Assembly: GCA_964016885.1 (NCBI GenBank)
Contig: OZ024743.1
Coordinates: 210,676,001 to 210,740,000 of the forward strand
Reading direction: 5' to 3'
Length of the DNA: 64,000 bases
From: Eledone cirrhosa
Taxonomy: Eukaryota
Part shown: piece after piece, positions 60,401 through 64,000 of the stretch
How positions within the stretch are numbered: position 1 is the first letter of the stretch
Layout of the letters: each line of letters begins with the position of its first letter
The notes under the pieces: generated by a model
What the model was told of the DNA's origin: nothing
The model's input: only the letters and a program-made list of their open reading frames with translations
Database searches by the model: none
Translations under genes and position numbers: made by a program

Positions 60401-61950
60401 CCTATAGCCAGATGAAAGCTCTTCACTCCATAAGATATACCACAGATTACCATCCTGTAGCCAGATGAAAGCTCTTCACTCCATAAGATATACAACAGTT
60501 TACCAACCTATAGCCACAGATGAAAGCTCTTCACTCCATAAGATATACCACAGTTTACCATCCTATAGCCAGATGAAAGCTCTTCACTCCATAAGATATA
60601 CCACAGTTTACCATCCTATAGCCACACATTAAAGCTCTTCACTCCATAAGATATACCACAGTTTACCAACCTATAGCCACAGATGAAAGCTCTTCACTCC
60701 ATAAGTTATACCACAGTTTACCATCCTATAGCCAGATGAAAGCTCTTCACGCCATAAGATATACCAGTTTACCATCATATAGCCACAGATGAAAGCTCTT
60801 CACTCCATAAGATATACCACAGTTTACCATCCTATAGCCAGATGAAAGCTCTTCACTCCATAAGATATACCACATTCTACCATCCTATAGCCAGATGAAA
60901 CCCTTCACTCCATAAGATATACCACAGTTTACCATCCTATAGCCACAGATGAAAGCTCTTCACTCCATAAGATATACCACAGTTTACCATCCTATGGCCA
61001 CAGATGAAAGCTCATCACTCCATAAGATATACCACAGTTTACCATCCTATAGCCACACATGAAAGCTCTTCACTCCATAAGATATACCATAGTTTACCAT
61101 CCTATAGCCATACATGAAAGCTCTTCAGTCCATAAGATATACCACAGTTTACCATCTTATAGCCACACATGAAAGCTCTTCACTCCATAAGATATACCAC
61201 AGTTTACCATCCTATAGCCATGCATGAAAGCTCTTCAGTCCATAAGATATACCACAGTTTACCATCCTATAGCCACAGATGAAAGCTCTTCACTCCATAA
61301 TATATACCACAGTTTACCATCCGATAGCGAGATGAAAGCTCTTCACTCCATAAGATATACCACAGTTTACCATCCTATAGCCACACATGAAAGCTCTTCA
61401 CTCCATAAGATATACCACAGTTTACCATCCTATAGCCACAGATGAAAGCTCTTCACTCCATCAGATATACCACAGTTTACCATCCTATGGCCACACATGA
61501 AAGCTCTTCACACCATAAGATATACCACAGTTTACCATCCTATAGCCACACATGAAACTCTTCACTCCATAGGATATACCACAGTTTACCATCCTATAGC
61601 CACACATGAATGCTCTTCACTCCATAGGATATACCACAGTTTACCATCCTATAGCCACACATGAATGCTCTTCACTCCATAGGATATACCACAGTTTACC
61701 ATCCTATAGCCATACATGAAAGCTCTTCAGTCCATAAGATATACCACAGTTTACCATCCTATAGCCACAGATGAAAGCTCTTCACTCCATAAGATATACT
61801 ACAGCTTACCATCCTATAGCCAGATGAAAGCTCTTCACTCCATAAGATATAGCACAGTTTACCAGCCTATAGCCACAGATGAAAGCTCTTCACTCCATAA
61901 GATATACCACAGTTTACCATCCTATTGCCACACATGAAAGCTCTTCACTC
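54500..61950 (+). repeat. Duplication of a two-unit (dimeric) HOR block, offset 3674 bp drifting to ~4.0-4.3 kb
   Basis: ATTTACCATACT 54881/58555, TAGTCAG 55544/59218, TCACACTTT 55741/59415, GCTATTC 55774/59448 (all +3674). CACGCC ~56752/60748 and GCTCATC 57014/61010 (+3996). CTACAGCT 57473/61799 (+4326). Confidence 0.82.
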
Positions 61951-64000
61951 CATAAGATATACCACAGTTTACCATCCTATAGCCACACATGAAAGCTCTT
62001 CACTCCATAAGATATACCACAGTTTACCATCCTATAGCCAGAGATGAAAGCTCTTCACTCCATAAGATATACCACAGTTTACCATCCTATGGCCACACAT
62101 GAAAGCTCTTCACTCCATAGGATATACCACAGTTTACCATCCTATAGCCACACATGAAAGCTCTTCACTCCATAACCATAGTTTACCATTCTATAGCCAC
62201 ACATGAAAGCTCTTCACTCCATAAGATATACCACAGTTTACCATCCTATAGCCACAGATGAAAGCTCTTTACACCATGAGATATACCACAGTTTACCATC
62301 GTATAGCCACAGATGAAAACTCTTCAGTCCATAAGATATACCACAGTTTACCATCCTATGGCCACACATGAAAGCTCTTCACCCGTAAGATATACCACAG
62401 TTTACCATCCTTTCGCAAGATGAAAGCTCTTCACTCCATAGGATATACCACAGTTTACCATCCTATAGCCACCCATGAAAGCTCTTCACTCCATAAGATA
62501 TACCACAGTTTACCATCATATGGCCACACATCAAAGCTCTTCACCCATGAGATATACCACAGTTTACCATCCTGTAGCCAGATGAAAGCTCTTCACTCCA
62601 TAAGATATACCACAGTTTACCATCCTATAGCTACACATGAAAGCTCTTCACTCCATAAGATATACCACAGTCTACCATCCTATGGCCACACATGAAAGCT
62701 CTTCACCCATAAGATATACCACAGTTTACCATCCTGTAGCCAGATGAAAGCTCTTCACTCCATAAGATATACCACAGTTTACCATCCTATAGTCACAGAT
62801 GAAAGCTCTTCACTCCATAAGATATACCACAGTTTACCATCCTATGGCCACAGATGAAAGCTCTTCACTCCATAAGATATACCACAGTTTACCATCCTAT
62901 AGCCACACATGAAAGCTCTTCACTCCATAAGATATACCACAGTTTACAATCCTATAGCCATACATGAAAGCTCTTCAGTCCATAAGATATACCACAGTTT
63001 ACCATCCTATGGCCACAGATGAAAGCTCTTCACTCCATAATATATATCACAGTTTACCATCCTATAGCCACACATGAAAGCTCTTCACTCCATAAGTTAT
63101 ACCACAGTTTACCATCCTATAGCCAGATGAAAGCTCTTCACTCCATAAGATATACCACAGTTTACCATCCTATAGCCACAGATGAAAGCTCTTCACTCCA
63201 TAAGATATACCACAGTTTACCATCCTATAGCCAGATGAAAGCTCTTCACTCCATAATATATACCACAGTTTACCATCCTATAGCCACAGATGAAAGCTCT
63301 TCACTCCATAAGATATACCACAGTTTACCATCCTATAGCGAGATGAAAGCTCTTCACTCCATAAGATATACCACAGTTTACCATCCTATAGCCACAGATG
63401 AAAGCTCTTCACTCCATAAGATACACCACAGTTTACCATCATATGGCCACACATGAAAGCTCTTCACTCCATAGGATATACCACAGTTTACCATCCTATA
63501 GCCACACATGAAAGCTCTTCACTCCATAGGATATACCACAGTTTACCATCCTATAGCCACACATGAACGCTCTTCACCCCATAAGATATACCACAGTTTA
63601 CAATCCTATAGCCAGATGAAAGCTCTTCACTCCATAAGATATACCACAGTTTACCACCCTATAGCCAGATGAAAGCTCTTCACTCCATAAGATATACCAG
63701 TTTACCATCCTATAGACAGAGATGAAAGCTCTTCACTCCATAAGATATACCACAGTTTACCATCCTATAGCCACAGATGAAAACTCTTCACTCCATAAGA
63801 TATACCAGTTTACCATCCTATAGCCACAGATGAAAGATCTTCACTCCATAAGATAAACCTCAGTTTACCATCCTATAGCCACACATGAAACTCTTCACTC
63901 CATAGGATATACCACAGTTTACCATCCTATAGTCACACATGAAAGCTCTTCACTCCATCAGATATACCACAGTTTACCATCCTATAGCCACACATGAAAG

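Larger units (their letters stand above)
1..62100 (+). repeat. Variable-length higher-order repeat (HOR) organisation of the satellite
   Basis: Marker monomers recur in the same order: TATAGGCAG > AAAACTC/CACCC > TCGCT > AAGATCTT > ACCAGAG > GAATGCACATC > CACCCC > TTTAAC > CTCTATA > CAGATTACC > ACAAC/CCAACC > ATTAAAG > AAGTTATA > ACATTCTA > GAAACCC/GAAACAC > CCATGC > CCGATAGCGAG > GAAACTC/AGGA > GAATGCTC > ACTAC > TAGCAC. The TATAGGCAG marker recurs for example at ~21422, 23799, 26176 and ~47180, 49286, 51392. Confidence 0.93.
1..64000 (+). repeat. Tandem satellite DNA array, 55/53-bp monomer (mean ~54 bp), ~1,180 copies, extending past both window edges
   Basis: The monomer ATGAAAGCTCTTCACTCCATAAGATATACCACAGTTTACCATCCTATAGCCACAS repeats head-to-tail in one orientation from first to last base, typically with 0-3 differences per copy. 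The consensus (CAG-ending form) is A19 C16 T14 G6: 40% GC, strongly C-over-G skewed, no CpG. Confidence 0.99.

Noticed and set aside
1633-63456. About 60 short ORFs (61-145 aa; MKALHSIRYTTVYHPIAT / ESSSLHKIYHSLPSYS repeats)
   Set aside because: Each monomer starts with ATG. Two + frames are open and the third has stops (TAA/TAG/TGA), so ORF length depends only on the run of 55/53-bp monomers. Frame-shifting indels are pervasive and nothing suggests coding constraint.
1-64000. CRISPR array or CRISPR-like repeat-spacer system
   Set aside because: Monomers are contiguous with no unique spacers. Variation is scattered SNPs and indels inherited in blocks, and there are no cas genes or leader.
1-64000. 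Tandem tRNA/5S/snRNA/miRNA gene cluster or telomeric repeat
   Set aside because: There is no cloverleaf, Pol III A/B box, long hairpin or G-tract telomere motif. Only 4-bp stems are present.
1-64000. Diversity-generating or antigenic-variation cassette library, or encoded message in the monomer order
   Set aside because: There is no expression locus, recombinase or reverse transcriptase and no targeted hypervariable positions. The order of variants is explained by nested duplications and deletions.
1-64000. Assignment to a named satellite family or host taxon
   Set aside because: I do not recognise the monomer, and a database search is required.

Overview
The whole 64 kb window is one uninterrupted, head-to-tail tandem (satellite) array of about 1,180 monomers (64,000 bp / ~54.2 bp). 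The consensus is 55 bp: ATGAAAGCTCTTCACTCCATAAGATATACCACAGTTTACCATCCTATAGCCACA(G/C). Common 53-bp variants and rarer 54-, 52- and 49-bp variants also occur. I see no supportable genes, RNA genes, CRISPR spacers, transposon insertions or inversions, and every ORF in the track is a translation artefact of the repeat. The structure lies in the ordering of variant monomers. Diagnostic variants recur in a fixed order, forming a higher-order repeat (HOR) of variable length (~1.2-2.7 kb, ~23-50 monomers). On top of this there are recent near-identical tandem duplications, two interleaved HOR lineages, a patchy accessory monomer module, long-range (16-43 kb) block recurrences, and a loss of HOR order in the last ~1.3 kb. 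The monomer itself appears to be built from two ~21-22 bp related subunits. This organisation resembles eukaryotic centromeric/pericentromeric satellite DNA, but I cannot name the family or host, and function cannot be shown from sequence alone. Positions and spacings were read by eye and from the ORF offsets, so block boundaries are approximate.
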